Shown in pieces: positions 12,565-24,330 of a stretch of 64,000 bases of DNA (within the stretch, counting starts at the first letter, position 1; the number at the start of each line of letters is the position of its first letter). The notes under the pieces were generated by a model, which ran no database searches, was not told where the DNA came from, and saw nothing but the letters and a program-made list of their open reading frames with translations. The DNA is from Squalus acanthias (lineage: Eukaryota): assembly GCA_030390025.1 (NCBI GenBank), contig CM059432.1, positions 134,480,001-134,544,000 on the forward strand, in the 5' to 3' direction. The position numbers and the translations under genes were made by a program.

Positions 12565-13878
12565 GATTACATAGGATATACGGCACAGAAACAGGCCATT
12601 CGGCCCAACCAGTCCATGCCGGCGTTTATGCTCCACTCGAGCCTCCTCCTGTTTTTCCTCATCTAAATCTATCAGCATAACCCTCTATTCCTTTCTCCCT
12701 CATATGCTTGTTTAGCCTCCCCTTAAATGCATCTATACTATTTGCTTCAACCACTTCCTGTGGTAGCGAGTTCCACATTCTCACCACTCTTTGGGTAAAG
12801 AAATGTCTTCTGAATTCCCTATTGGATTTCTTGGTGACTATCTTATATTGCTGGCCTCTAGTTATGCTCTTCCCCACAAGTGGAAACATTCTCTCCGTAT
12901 CCACTCTATCAAAACCTTTCATAATTTTAAAGACCTCTATTAGGTCACCCCTCAGCCTTCTTTTTTCAAGAGAAAAGAGACCCAGCCTGTTCATCCTTTC
13001 CTGATATGTATACCCTCGCATTTCTGGTATCATCTCTGTAAATCTTCTCTGCACCCTCTTCAGTGCCTCTATATCCTTTTTATAATATGGCGACCAGAAC
13101 TGCACGCAGTACTCCAAGTGTGGTCTAACCAAGGTTCGATACAGGTTTAGCATAACTTCTCTACTTTTCAATTCTATCTGTCTAGAAATAAACCCTAGTG
13201 CTTGGTTTGCTTTTCTTATGGCCTTGCTAACCTGTGGCGCAACTTTTAGTGATTTGTGTATTTGTACTCCAAGATTCCTTTGTTCCTCTACCCCACCTAG
13301 ACTCGCACCCTCCAAGTGATAAGTGACCTCCCTATTCTTCCTACCAAAATGTAAAACCTCACATTTATCTGTGTTGGACTTCATTTGCCAATTATTTGCC
13401 CATTCTGCATTTATTAATGTCCTCCGTATTGACTACCCGCCCCCCCCCCAAATTTGGTATCATCCGCAAATTTAGAAATTGTGTTTTTGATTCCAAAGTC
13501 TAAATCGTTAATGTAAATTGTGAACAGCAGTGGTCCCAGCATTGATCCTTGTGAAACACCACTACCCACCTTCTGCCACTGTGAATTGCTACCCTTTACT
13601 CCCACTCTCTGCTTTCTGTCTTGAAGCCAGCAAGCAATCCATTCTGCTATATGTCCCCTGACTCTGCATTCTCTGACCTTATTCATTAGTCTATTATGGG
13701 GTACCTTATCGAAGGCCTGTTGAAAATCTAGATAAATTACATCTACTGCATTACCATTGTCTATACTCTTCAAAAAATTCAATAAGGTTGGTCAAGCAAG
13801 ATTTTCCCTTTTGAAATTCATGCTGACTATTCATTATTATACTTTTCGTTTCTAGATGTTCTTCTATTCTCTCCTTTA
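12565..13878 (-). mobile_element. CR1-B, 3' part; continues at about 16736-16787 and 18162-18300
   Basis: RT motifs YLDFQQAFDKVPH and FADDTK. The sequence resumes in register after two nested insertions. Confidence 0.88.
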
Positions 13879-16735
13879 TAGAATCATAGAAAGTTACAGC
13901 ACAGAAGGAGGCCATTTTGGCCCATCGTGTCCGCGCCGGCCAACAAAGAGCTATCCAGCCTAATCCTACTTCCCAGTTCTTGGTCCGTAGCCCTGCAGGT
14001 TACAGCATCCCAAGTGCACATCCAAGTACTTTTTAAATGTGGTTAGGGTTCCTGCCTCTATCACCCTTTCAGGCAGTGAGTTCCAGACCCCCACAACCCT
14101 CTGGGTGAAGAAATTTCCCCTCAAATCCCCTCTAAACCTTTCCCCAATTACTTTAAATCTGTGCCCCCTGGTTTTTGACCCCTCTGCTAAGGGAAATAGG
14201 TCCTTTCTATCCACTTTATCTCTGCCCCTCATAATTTTATACACCTCAATAAGGTCTTCCCTCAGCCTCCTCTGTTCCAAGGAAAACAGACCCAGCTTAT
14301 CCAGTCTTTCCTCACAGCTAAGATTCTCTACTCCCGGCAACATCCTTGTAAATCTCCTTTGTACCCTATCTAGTGCAATCACATCTTTCCTGTAATGTGG
14401 TGACCAGAACTGCACGCAGTACTCTAGCTGGGGCCTAACTAGTGTTTTATACAGTTGAAGCATAACCCCCCTGCTCTTGTATTCTATGCCATGGCTAATA
14501 AAGGCAAGCATTCTGTATGCCTTCTTAACCACCTTATCTACTTGGCCTGCTACCTTCAGGGCTCTGTGGACATGCACTCCAAGGTCCCTTTGCTCCTCTA
14601 CACTACTCAGTGTCCTACCATTTAATGTGTATTCCCTTTCCTTGTTAGCCCTCCCCAAATGCATTACCTCACACTTCTCCGGATTGAATTCCATTTGCCA
14701 CTGTTCTGCCCACCTGACCAATTTATTGATATCTTCCTGCAGTCTACAGCTTCCTTCTTCAGTATCAACCACACAGCCGATTTTAGTATCATCTGCAAAC
14801 TTCTTAATCATACCCCCTATATTCAAGTCAAGATCATTGATATATACCACAAAAAGCAAGGGACCTAGTACTGAGCCCTGCGGAACCCCACTGGAAACAG
14901 CCTTCCAGTCACAAAAACACCCAACAACCATTACCCTCTGCTTCCTGTCTCCGAGCCAGTTTTGAATCCAACTTGACACTGGATCCCATGGGCTTTTAAC
15001 TTCATGACCAGTCTGCCATGTGGAACCTTATCAAAAGCCTTGCTAAAGTCCATATACACTACATCAAACGCACTACCCTCATCTACCCTCCTTGTTACCT
15101 CCTCAAAAAATTCAATCAAATTTGTCAGACACGACCTTCCCTTAACAAATCCATGCTGACTATCCTTGATTAATCCGTGTCTTTCTAAATGAAGATTTAT
15201 CCTGTCCTTCAGAATTATTTCCAATAATTTTCCCACCACCGAGGTTAGGCTGACTGGCCTGTAATTACTCGGTCTATCCTTTTCTCCCTTTTTAAACAAG
15301 GGTACCACATTAGCAGTCCTCCAGCACCACACCTGAAGCCAGAGAGGATTGAAAAATGATGGTCAGGGCCTCTGCTATTTCCTCTTTTGCTTCGTTTAAC
15401 AGCCTGGGATACATTTCATCCGGGCCTGGGGATTTATCCACTTTTAAAGCTGCTAAACCCCTTAATACTTCCTCTCTCACTATGTTTATTTCATCTAATA
15501 TTTCACACTCCTCCCCCCCGATAGCAATATCTGCTTCGCCCCTCTCCTTTGTGAAAACAGACGCAAAGTATTCATTAAGAACCCTACCGACATCTCCCGC
15601 CTCCACACACAGATTACCCTCATGATCTTTAATAGGCCCTACCCTTTCTTTAGTTATTCTCTTACTCTTAATATATTTATGAAACATCTTTGGGTTTTCC
15701 TTGATTTTACTTGCCAAGAATTTTTCATGCTCTCTCTTTGCTTTCCTAGTATCATTTTTAATTGCACCCCTGCACTTTCTGTACTCCTCTAAAGATTCTG
15801 GAGTATTTAGCCCTCGGTATCTGTCATACGCCTCCCTTTTTTTCTTTATCCTACCCTGCATGTCTCTAGACATCCAGGGGGCTCTAGATTTGTTAGTCCC
15901 ACCTTTTGTCTTTAAGGGCATATGTTTGGTCTGAAGCCTCCGGATCTCGTCCTTGAATGCCTCCCACTGCTCTGACACTGATTTACCTTCAAGTAGCTGT
16001 TTCCAGTCCACTATGGCTAAATCCCCTCTGAGCTTAGCAAAATTTGCTTTTCCCCAATTTAGAATTTTTATTCCTGGTCTATCCTTGTCCTTTTCCATAA
16101 CTACCTTAAATTTAACAGAATTATGGTCACTAGCACCAAAATGCTCCCCCACTGATACGTCTTCTACCTGCCCAGCTTCATTCCCTAAAACTAAGTCCAG
16201 AACCGCCCCCTCCCTTGTTGGGCTTGCTACATACTGGCTAAAAAAATTCTCCTGGATGCATTTTAGGAATTCCGCACCTTCTATACCCTTCACACTAATT
16301 TTATCCCAGTTAATATTGGGGTAGTTGAAATCCCCTACTATTACTGCCCTATAGTTTTTGCACTTCTCAGAAATTTGTCTACATATTTGTTCTTCTATCT
16401 CCCTCTTACTGTTTGGGGGTCTGTAGTACACTCCCAGCAGTGTGATCGCCCCTTTTTTGTTTTTCAATTCGACCCATATGGCCTCGTTTGATGATCCCTC
16501 CAACATATCATCCCTCCTCACAGCTGTAATAGTTTCTTTAATCAATACCGCGACCCCCCCTCCCTTTTTATCTCCCTCTCTATCCCGTCTAAAAATCCTG
16601 TATCCAGGAATGTTGAGCTGCCATACCTGCCCCTCTTTCAGCCACGTCTCCATAATAGCTATAATATCATAGTCCCAAGTATCTACCTGTGCCCTCAGCT
16701 CATCTGCCTTGTTCGCTATACTCCTTGCATTGAAG
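13879..16735 (-). mobile_element. CR1-C, nearly complete ORF2 (APE endonuclease + RT) with frameshifts
   Basis: ORFs 15310-16653 (ETWL, GDFNYPNINW, LDLVL, SDHN), 14931-15332 and 13966-14979 ([14 protein letters not shown]). Confidence 0.93.
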
Positions 16736-16787
16736 TAGGGATTCCATTATTTTTCCTACCAACTATGTTAAGCTGACTGGTCTATAA

Positions 16788-18161
16788 TGTAAGGTTTCCA
16801 AAATTTGCAGATCCCCAAAACCTAAGGAAAAAGGACTTTGGAACTACCTCAGAGTGATAAAAATGCATTTGGGCCTAACCTAAGAGACTGTAAGACCAAA
16901 AACCAAGTTTTGGCATCTTAAAAGCATGTCTGGGCCTGTGAAGGGAGTAAAGGCTGTGAAGGAAGTTGGGTTCGACCTCTGCAAAAGCAGTTTTGGGTAT
17001 TGCAGTTAAATTGCATTGTCTGGGGAATCGGGATGACCTCAATCAAGCCCCAGCAAGCATTAACATTTTGACAATAGACCCTAGGAGGAGACAGCCCCAC
17101 CCAAAACAACAGGTCCCATCAAACCGATTACAGAACCCATTAAAGACATGCATAAACAAATATTCGATCGAAGTCCTAGGCCCAGTCAAGAAACCCAAAA
17201 CATGAGGACAATTCAAACTCCGATTAAACAACAGATCGACAGGATGAAGCTACCTGAAACCACTTCACACATTTACAAAACCAGTTAACACGCTAGTAAA
17301 GTCGTTACTGTTAACGAGGTCTTACAATGACCGGGATTTGATTTGGTTTTGATAAGGCCACTTCAATTTAGTATAATTGAAGGCCCATCAAGCAGTTCAG
17401 CAGTTTTTCAACAGTTACAAGTTCGAAAAAAAGGAGTAACACTTCAAGTTCAACAGAAGGCAGTTCTGCAGTTTTGGAGTTCAATTTGAAAGCCTGTTTT
17501 TCAGCAGAAGTCAGTGCTGGAATTACAGAGTTCAGGAGAAGCAAGTTGGGCAGTTAAAGAAGACAGTTCAGTAAGAAGGGAGTTCTCCAGTAACAACAGT
17601 TCAAGTTCAACAGAAGGCAGTTCCCACAGTTCTGCAAGAAGGCAGTTCCACAGCTCGGAAGAAGACAGTTTAAACAGAAAGCAGTTCAACAAAGAAAGCC
17701 AACAGCTCCAGAAGTAGGCCGACATGCAAGAAGAGACCAGAGCGACCGCTTCAGTGACCATCAGACACCTCGCGGCAACAAGGGCCTTATGAAACCTTTT
17801 ACTCAAAAGACTCTAAACCCTAACTCTCAACTGTCAAGGATTCGTTTGGTGAGCATTATCCCTGGTTCTCCAGAGTCCAACCTAGCTAGTGAAGTGGGAT
17901 TGGGAGGGGTGAAGTATTCTTCTAATGTTATTTCCCTCGCGTGTACCGAAGTGTTCCCCACCTTTAGAGTGTTAAGAGTGTTTGTGTTGTGTTTTATTTT
18001 CTCGAATAAAGATCGAAATTCTTTCATCAAAACCTGTTGTCTACTGCACCTTTGTTCACGACCCCCAAATAAGTCCACGGTCTAGAACCAGGGGCGTGGG
18101 AGCGATTCGAACCGCTCACTGAGTCAGAGGTGAAGCTGACCCTACCACACCACCCCCTACA
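16788..18161 (+). mobile_element. Solo LTR (1374 bp)
   Basis: TGTAAGG...CCTACA termini and a perfect 4-bp TSD ATAA (16784-16787 and 18162-18165). AATAAA lies at about 18005. It interrupts contiguous CR1-B sequence. Confidence 0.85.
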
Positions 18162-18302
18162 ATAATTCTCTGGACATGTTCTATCCCCCTTCTTAAATAT
18201 AGGTATTACTTTAGCTATCCGCCAGTCCTCTGGCACTATACCTTTTTGTAACGAATTATTAAATATGTGCAGTAATGCCTCTGCTATCTCTTCCCTAGAT
18301 TC

Positions 18303-19394
18303 TTTTAAGTATTTTGACTCTAGATTGCTCTTTGACCTTTTCCATGGCTAACCTAAACTTTATGATACTATGATCACTTTTCCCTAAATGTTCCCTTACT
18401 GAAACTTGATCCACCTGACCCACCTCATTCCCCAGAACTAGATCTAGCAATGCATCCTTCCTTGTTGGGCCAGAAACATACTGATCAATAAAGTTCTCCT
18501 GAACACACTTCAGAAATTCTTCCCCCTCTCTGCCCTTTACACTATTACTATCCCAGTCTATATTAGGATAATTGAAATCCCCCATTATCACTACTCTATA
18601 GTTCTTGCACCTCTCTGTAATTTCCCTGCAAATTTGCTCCTCTATATCCTTCCCACTAGTAGGTGGCCTATAGAATACACCTAGTAGTGTAATGGCACCT
18701 CTATTGTTTCTTAACTCTAACCAGATAGATTCTGTCCTTGACCCCTCCAGGACATCCTCTCTCTCTCCAGCACTGTAACATTCTCTTTAACCAATACTAC
18801 CACCCCACCTCCTTTCTTTCCTTCCCTATCTTTCCTGAACACTTTATATCCAGGAATATTTAGTACCCAATCCTGCCCTTTTTTGAGGCAGGTCTCCATT
18901 ATCGCCACAACATCATATTCCCATGTGGCTATTTGTGCCTGCAGCTCACCAACCTTATATACCATGCTTCGTGCGTTTACATACATGCACTGTAAACCTA
19001 TCTTAGACATTCTTGTATTTTCTCTTTGTCTGACCCCACCTAATACCATACGATATCTTACTCTAGTATCTCCCACCCTTTCATGCACCATGTTTCTCCT
19101 TTCTAATGCGACATCCTGGTGACCATCCCCCTGCCAAATTAGTTTAAACCCTCCCCGACAGCACTAGCAAACCGCCCCCCCGCCCCCCCCCCAAGGATAT
19201 TGGTCCTGGCTCTGTTGAGGTGCAACCCATCCGGTCTGTACAGGTCCCACCTCCCCCAGAACTGGTCCCAATGTCCCAGGAATCTAAAGCCCTCCCTCCT
19301 GCACCATCTCTCCAGCCACGCATTCATCTGCTGTATCCTCCTATTTCTATATTCAGTTGCGCGTGGCACCGGGAGTAATCCGGAGATTACTACC
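18303..19394 (-). mobile_element. CR1-A, 5' part (end of ORF1 esterase, ORF2 endonuclease)
   Basis: DGLHLN esterase motif and GDFNYPNIDW. The sequence EQSRVKIL joins the NW..ANF..LRMEL segment near 12560. Confidence 0.88.
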
Positions 19395-19830
19395 TCTGCT
19401 CCGAGAGAAGAAAATGTAAACCCTTCTCCTACTGTAGGAGTGCCTCAGTGACCTCCCTGATGCAGTGATGGACGACGAACTGTGAGATGTTAGCTATGTC
19501 TCCTGCTATGTCTCCTCAGAGTGGAAAGATCCGCTGGTGAAGAAATTGAGAGCCACGGTGACCTTGACTGCCACTGGGAGAGCTGTGGTCACCCTGCTTT
19601 CAGGCTGCAGGTCTGGTTGCAGGAGATGGCAGAGTTCTGTGACCACCTCCTTGGTGAAGCGGAGCCTCCTAATACAATGCTCCTCACTTAAGTGGATATA
19701 AGAGAAGTGCTCTCTGAAAACCCTAGGTGGGTAAGGCCTCCTGTTGAGAGCCCTCCTGGCCCTCTTCCTCTCCTCTGCGCGCATCTTCTCATCTTCTTCG
19801 CTGCCTCCGCTCCCTCTCCCTAAGATACTC
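19395..19830 (-). pseudogene. Harbinger (HARBI1-like) transposase, N-terminal part; DDE domain missing
   Basis: PYPPRVFREHFSYIHLSEEHCIRRLRFTKE..ALPVAVKVTVALNFFTSGSF, then in a shifted frame GDIANISQFVVHHCIREVTEAL. Confidence 0.82.
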
Positions 19831-21279
19831 GAGCGCGAGGGGGACTGCCAGTAGAGCCTCCATAACTGTGAGCAAGTGTTGAGAGCAGAAGCCTTTAAAT
19901 AATAATGAAGGCGTTCTCCACTTGCAACAACACTCCCTGTTACCTTAGAACCTTGAAACAAGTTAATAAAGCAGCTGGAGTTGCAGAAAGTTGCACAGAG
20001 CCAGTCAAACTGCAGAAACATGTCAGGTGCAAGTTGTTGAAGTACCACTGCTGGAGCCTCCTTCCTGCTGGTCAACGCTTTCTCAGCTGGTCGCACTTAC
20101 GGCATGCTGGTAAGTGGAGCGGCGAAGTCGATACTTGCAGATCGGGCGTCAAGTAAGCGTTGCACATTCACTGACGTCACGATCTGCATAATCTACATAC
20201 CCCTAGCGAGCAGGAACATCGGCAACGCTGCCGGCCATCCGAAAATGGCGGCCATCACGGGACCCTATGGCAGCAGGTGGAAGAGCGGCGGCCACCATTT
20301 TTTTTGCCCGAATCTGACGGTAACGGATTTCCAGGCCACAGACTCTCCTGTTTAAACAAAGGGCTTTTACTGGTACAAGGAATCCTGGGATATTGAAGCT
20401 TCATAGCAGTCTATTACTTCCTCTTGATTTCCAGCCAAAGAAAGCAAGAAGAATGCTAGGAATTACCAATATAGCCAAGCCACTATTCGTAAATGCATGT
20501 AACTACAACCTTCAGGTGGAAGGTCAGAGATCAATTTCCCACGGCAGGAGAGTCAGCGAGACTGAAATAGGCAAATATAAGAGAAAAGCAATAGACAATC
20601 AAGTGCTTGATAAACCATGTGTTGGTACACTGGACCACAAAGGCATTGAAGAAAGGTATTTCTAAAATAATGGAAACTTCAAAAAAGGGCACTTTTGGAA
20701 CACTGAGAACTACAGAAGAACACTATCATGCGAATAAAACAATCAGAAACAGTTTAAAAGTGAGGAAGAATGTTAATGCCATGGAGTGTTACAGACTGCT
20801 CTCTGTATGATCAGTTCCAGTGGGTCATCGGAACAGGTACTGAATGAAGACAAGATTTTCACCAGAGGATGGAGGTGAAGTAAAAAGAAATCGGGAAACC
20901 TATCCCACATTTTTCTTGAACATATCCCATAGTCCCATTGCCAGAGGCTTCAGAATTATATTGTTTGCCAATCCTATAGATTGCAGAATTCTGATGCAGA
21001 TGGACCATTGGAAGAAAATAATTTAGGAATGGAAAAGAATATGTCAATGAACTTTATGTTAAAAACAGGACAAAACACAGCTGTGAACCCTTCCTTCTCT
21101 CATGATAAAATAGCCCACTGACATTCACTGTCTAGGCTCATATCAAGAACGGCTGTTTCAGCAAGTTATCAAAAGCTGGCCAGCACCAATAGAACTGTAC
21201 TCCAGCATGACGCAGGGGAGGAAGGGAGAAAAACTGGAAAAGAACATGACATGCAGTTTTTTCAGTCACAACTAAGCAA

Positions 21280-21953
21280 TAAACAAACCCTCCCCAAAAT
21301 GACCAAAGTCACAAATGACATCCTCTGTGGCAGTGACCATGGTACATTATCCATCCTCGTCCTCTTTGATCGCTTTGCTGCTTTTGACACGGTCGACCAC
21401 ACCACCCTCCTCCAACACCTCTCCTCCTTTGTACAGCTCAGTGGGACTATCCTCATTTGGTTCTACTCTTGTCGATCCGATTGTATCTTCAGGTCCCCAA
21501 ATGCCTCAAATGTAAAATTCTCATTGTCATGTTTAAATCCCTTTATGGTCTCGCCCCCTCCCTATCACTGTAACCTCCTACAGCCCTGCAATCCGCCTGA
21601 ACTCTGTGTGGTCTCGCCCCCTCCCTATCACTGTAACCTCCTACAGCCCTGCAATCCGCCTGAACTCTGTGTGGTCTCGCCCCCTCCCTATCACTGTAAC
21701 CTCCTACAGCCCTGCAATCCGCCTGAACTCTGTGTGGTCTCGCCCCCTCCTTATCACTGTAACCTCCTACAGCCCTGCAATCTGCCTGAATCTGTGTTCT
21801 TCTGACTCTGGCCTTTTGTGTATCCCTCCCCCGCCCCCCCACACTTCCCTTCACCCCACCATTGGTAGTGGTGCCTTCAGCTGCCTACACCCACTCTCTC
21901 CCTAAACCCCTTCGCCTCTCCACCTCCCTCTCCTTCTTTAACATTCTCCTTAA
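21280..21953 (+). mobile_element. L2 fragment whose tail resumes at about 30110-30250 after the LTR element
   Basis: AAFDTVDH RT motif followed by L2 3' sequence. Confidence 0.7.
21546..21797 (+). repeat. 63-bp tandem repeat, 4 copies, derived from L2 sequence
   Basis: Units start at 21546, 21609, 21672 and 21735 and are near-identical. Confidence 0.95.
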
Positions 21954-22072
21954 TACATTTTGGACATCCTGGAGAGATGTATGTTGGACATCTTGGGGAG
22001 TTAAGGGTTAACAGTTAAACTTCTTTGTACCTTGGATTAACAGGCTTCCAGGCTTTCTGATATAAACAGGAT

Positions 22073-22811
22073 GGGAGAGAAATTGGGTGCCTTTGCGCCT
22101 CCCGTTCATTCCCCTGGGAGCGCCAATGGGGCGCAAATGGCTTTGCGACCGGGTGCAGCGCTGACATCAACTCCCGCCTTATTTGGCGGGAGTTTTGCGG
22201 CGGCGCTACAGCATTGCGCCCCAATCTCCTTCACCCGGAGATCGTGACGTCATTGCCGTGTGCATTGCCCCGGACCCGAAATTGACTTCCCTCCCCTGCA
22301 GCAGCACCGGTCGAAAACACCGACAGCTGCAGGAGGCATGCATCAGGTTGCCGGCTGCTTTGGGGGCGATGATTAAAGGCGAGATGGCCGAGGTAAGTAA
22401 AAAAAATCTTACCTTTCTTGTTCCAGTTTTTTTCGCGGGTTCCTGCCCGCGATCGATCACTCTGCTCGAGTGCCGGGCTGATCGCGTGGGATCACGACTG
22501 CCTTGGTGGTCCAGGTAGGTACTTTTTCTATTGCAGAGCCTGCAGCGATGGCCCTTCCTTTTAAGGGAGGGAAGGAGCCTTTGAACGCGGCAGTGCTGCA
22601 CGGCCCAGTGTGCAGCGCTGCTGAAGTCTCCGCCCCGCCTGCTGCCGATTGCACTCCAAGAAGGAAGTGGAGCTTGATTTAGCGCTCCACTTCCTTCCTG
22701 GAGCGCAAAACCAAATTTTTTTAAAGTTTAGAAACATTAGCGCCTGGCGCTAATTTTCTCAACTTTTAAAAGTTAGCGCCCCAAACGGTGCTATAATGAA
22801 TTTCTCACCCC
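22073..22811. mobile_element. Harbinger-type MITE inserted in the 5' LTR
   Basis: TIRs GGGAGAGAAATT and AATTTCTCACCCC with a 3-bp TSD GAT. The 3' LTR shows the empty site (aaacaggatgactttg). Confidence 0.88.
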
Positions 22812-24330
22812 GATAACTTTGAAGTGTCATAAAAGGAATGCACTGCTTGTTTTCTGAGATGGAAAGTGCTTGTGTAAGGGCATAATTGTTAGTAATGACG
22901 TCACCCATGAGTGGTTTAGTTTTAGGGTAATAAACAGGTTAGTAGGGATCCATTAGATACAGATAGCAGTTGGTAAAGCTTTTACTTCAAAGATGTGAGC
23001 AAATGTTACATCAGGAAGTCTCGTGTAGGGGGAGTCGTTCTGGGGTAAACAATCGCAAACTGTTTACATGGATATTCTGTTTTCAAAGGATTTGGGAAAT
23101 AGATACGTCATACAGGCTTATCTATGACATTTTCCTTTGATGTAGTCAAAATATGGTGTATAAAGGATCATGGTCTTCAACAGTATCTCAGAGTGTGCTC
23201 GAAAGATACAGGAAAAAGTCACTCTCCGTATACAGCTGATCACCTTCACTGTGTATTAATAAAGTCTGTTCCGTATACTCCATTACGAAGTCTCGTGCTT
23301 ACTCGAGACATGTTGTTGTGAACCAGAGGAGAAAGGAGGTTGACTGCCTAACATTTGGTGCCGTGAACTCGTCCAACGAATACGCAGACAGTGAGTATGA
23401 ATTAATATCAATAGTGGGTACAACTAGCTCCTGGGAATCGCGATCTAGGGAATAGGATGGAATGAGACCAAATAATCGGTTTCTCGACCAAGTTGGTCCC
23501 TTTGAAAATTTCTGACTGGATTAAAAGTAAGGGGGGGACATTACAGTTTTTCCAAGGACATTTTAAATGGGTGCTGGGAGGAGATTGAGCAGGCACTGGA
23601 GAATGTTTGTCTGCAGAGACAAAAGACAGTAGGCAGAAAATGTTCCTGTTTCAGCAGCAACGAAATGAAAGGAGACAGAGAACATACCTATTTGTAAGGG
23701 CTTTGTCTGGGTATGGGTGCCTTGTGGAGGAAGCATGCTCAGACACAGGCTGAAAATAGAGTCTTGAAGGCAGAAATAAAGAAGCTTAAAGAGGAGTTTG
23801 ATGCAGTCAAGGTCCATGCTGTGCAAGCTACTAAATCCTTCCTGGCTAGTCACGATGCTGTGGTGCAAATGCCGATGAGAGAGAAGAATTGGAAGATAAT
23901 GTGCGCAGCTTAGAAATTGAGGTGGACAGACTACAGTTTAGAAAAGTCGCTGTAGAACGTGTGCCTGCAGAAACTGGAACAGAAGCTGAAACAAAAAGAC
24001 AGTGGCCTTGGGCTAATGAAAGAACAGCCTGAGGTGTTGCTCATTAATTCGGTGAAGCAAGCCGTGGATGAGAAACTGGTGCAGAAACAGAGATGAAAGC
24101 AATGGGAGAAGTTTGCTCAGAAGCCCTTAGCGTTTCTGTAGGAATGGGCTGTCTCAGAACTGGGATGAGATGTTCAGTGTAAAGCTAAAATGTGGGAGTT
24201 GTAAGCATGGTCTAAAGGGATGTGGAATGGAAGTTGGAATGTTGAAAATGTTGAGAGAGGCAGTTAAAGCAGTTCCAAAGCATGAACTGAGAAAAGGATT
24301 GGGACTCTCGACTGAATCTTCAGCATTCTA

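Larger units (their letters stand above)
7719..20337. mobile_element. Two-gene PIF/Harbinger transposon (Myb/SANT gene on +, transposase on -), disrupted by nested retroelements
   Basis: TIRs GGCCTAGAAATT and GATTTCCAGGCC with flanks ATA/ACA (near-TSD). Contains convergent Myb-like and HARBI1-like genes. Confidence 0.7.

Noticed and set aside
11768..16672. Long plus-strand ORFs rich in Ser/Leu/Phe
   Set aside because: Antisense shadows of CR1 ORF2.
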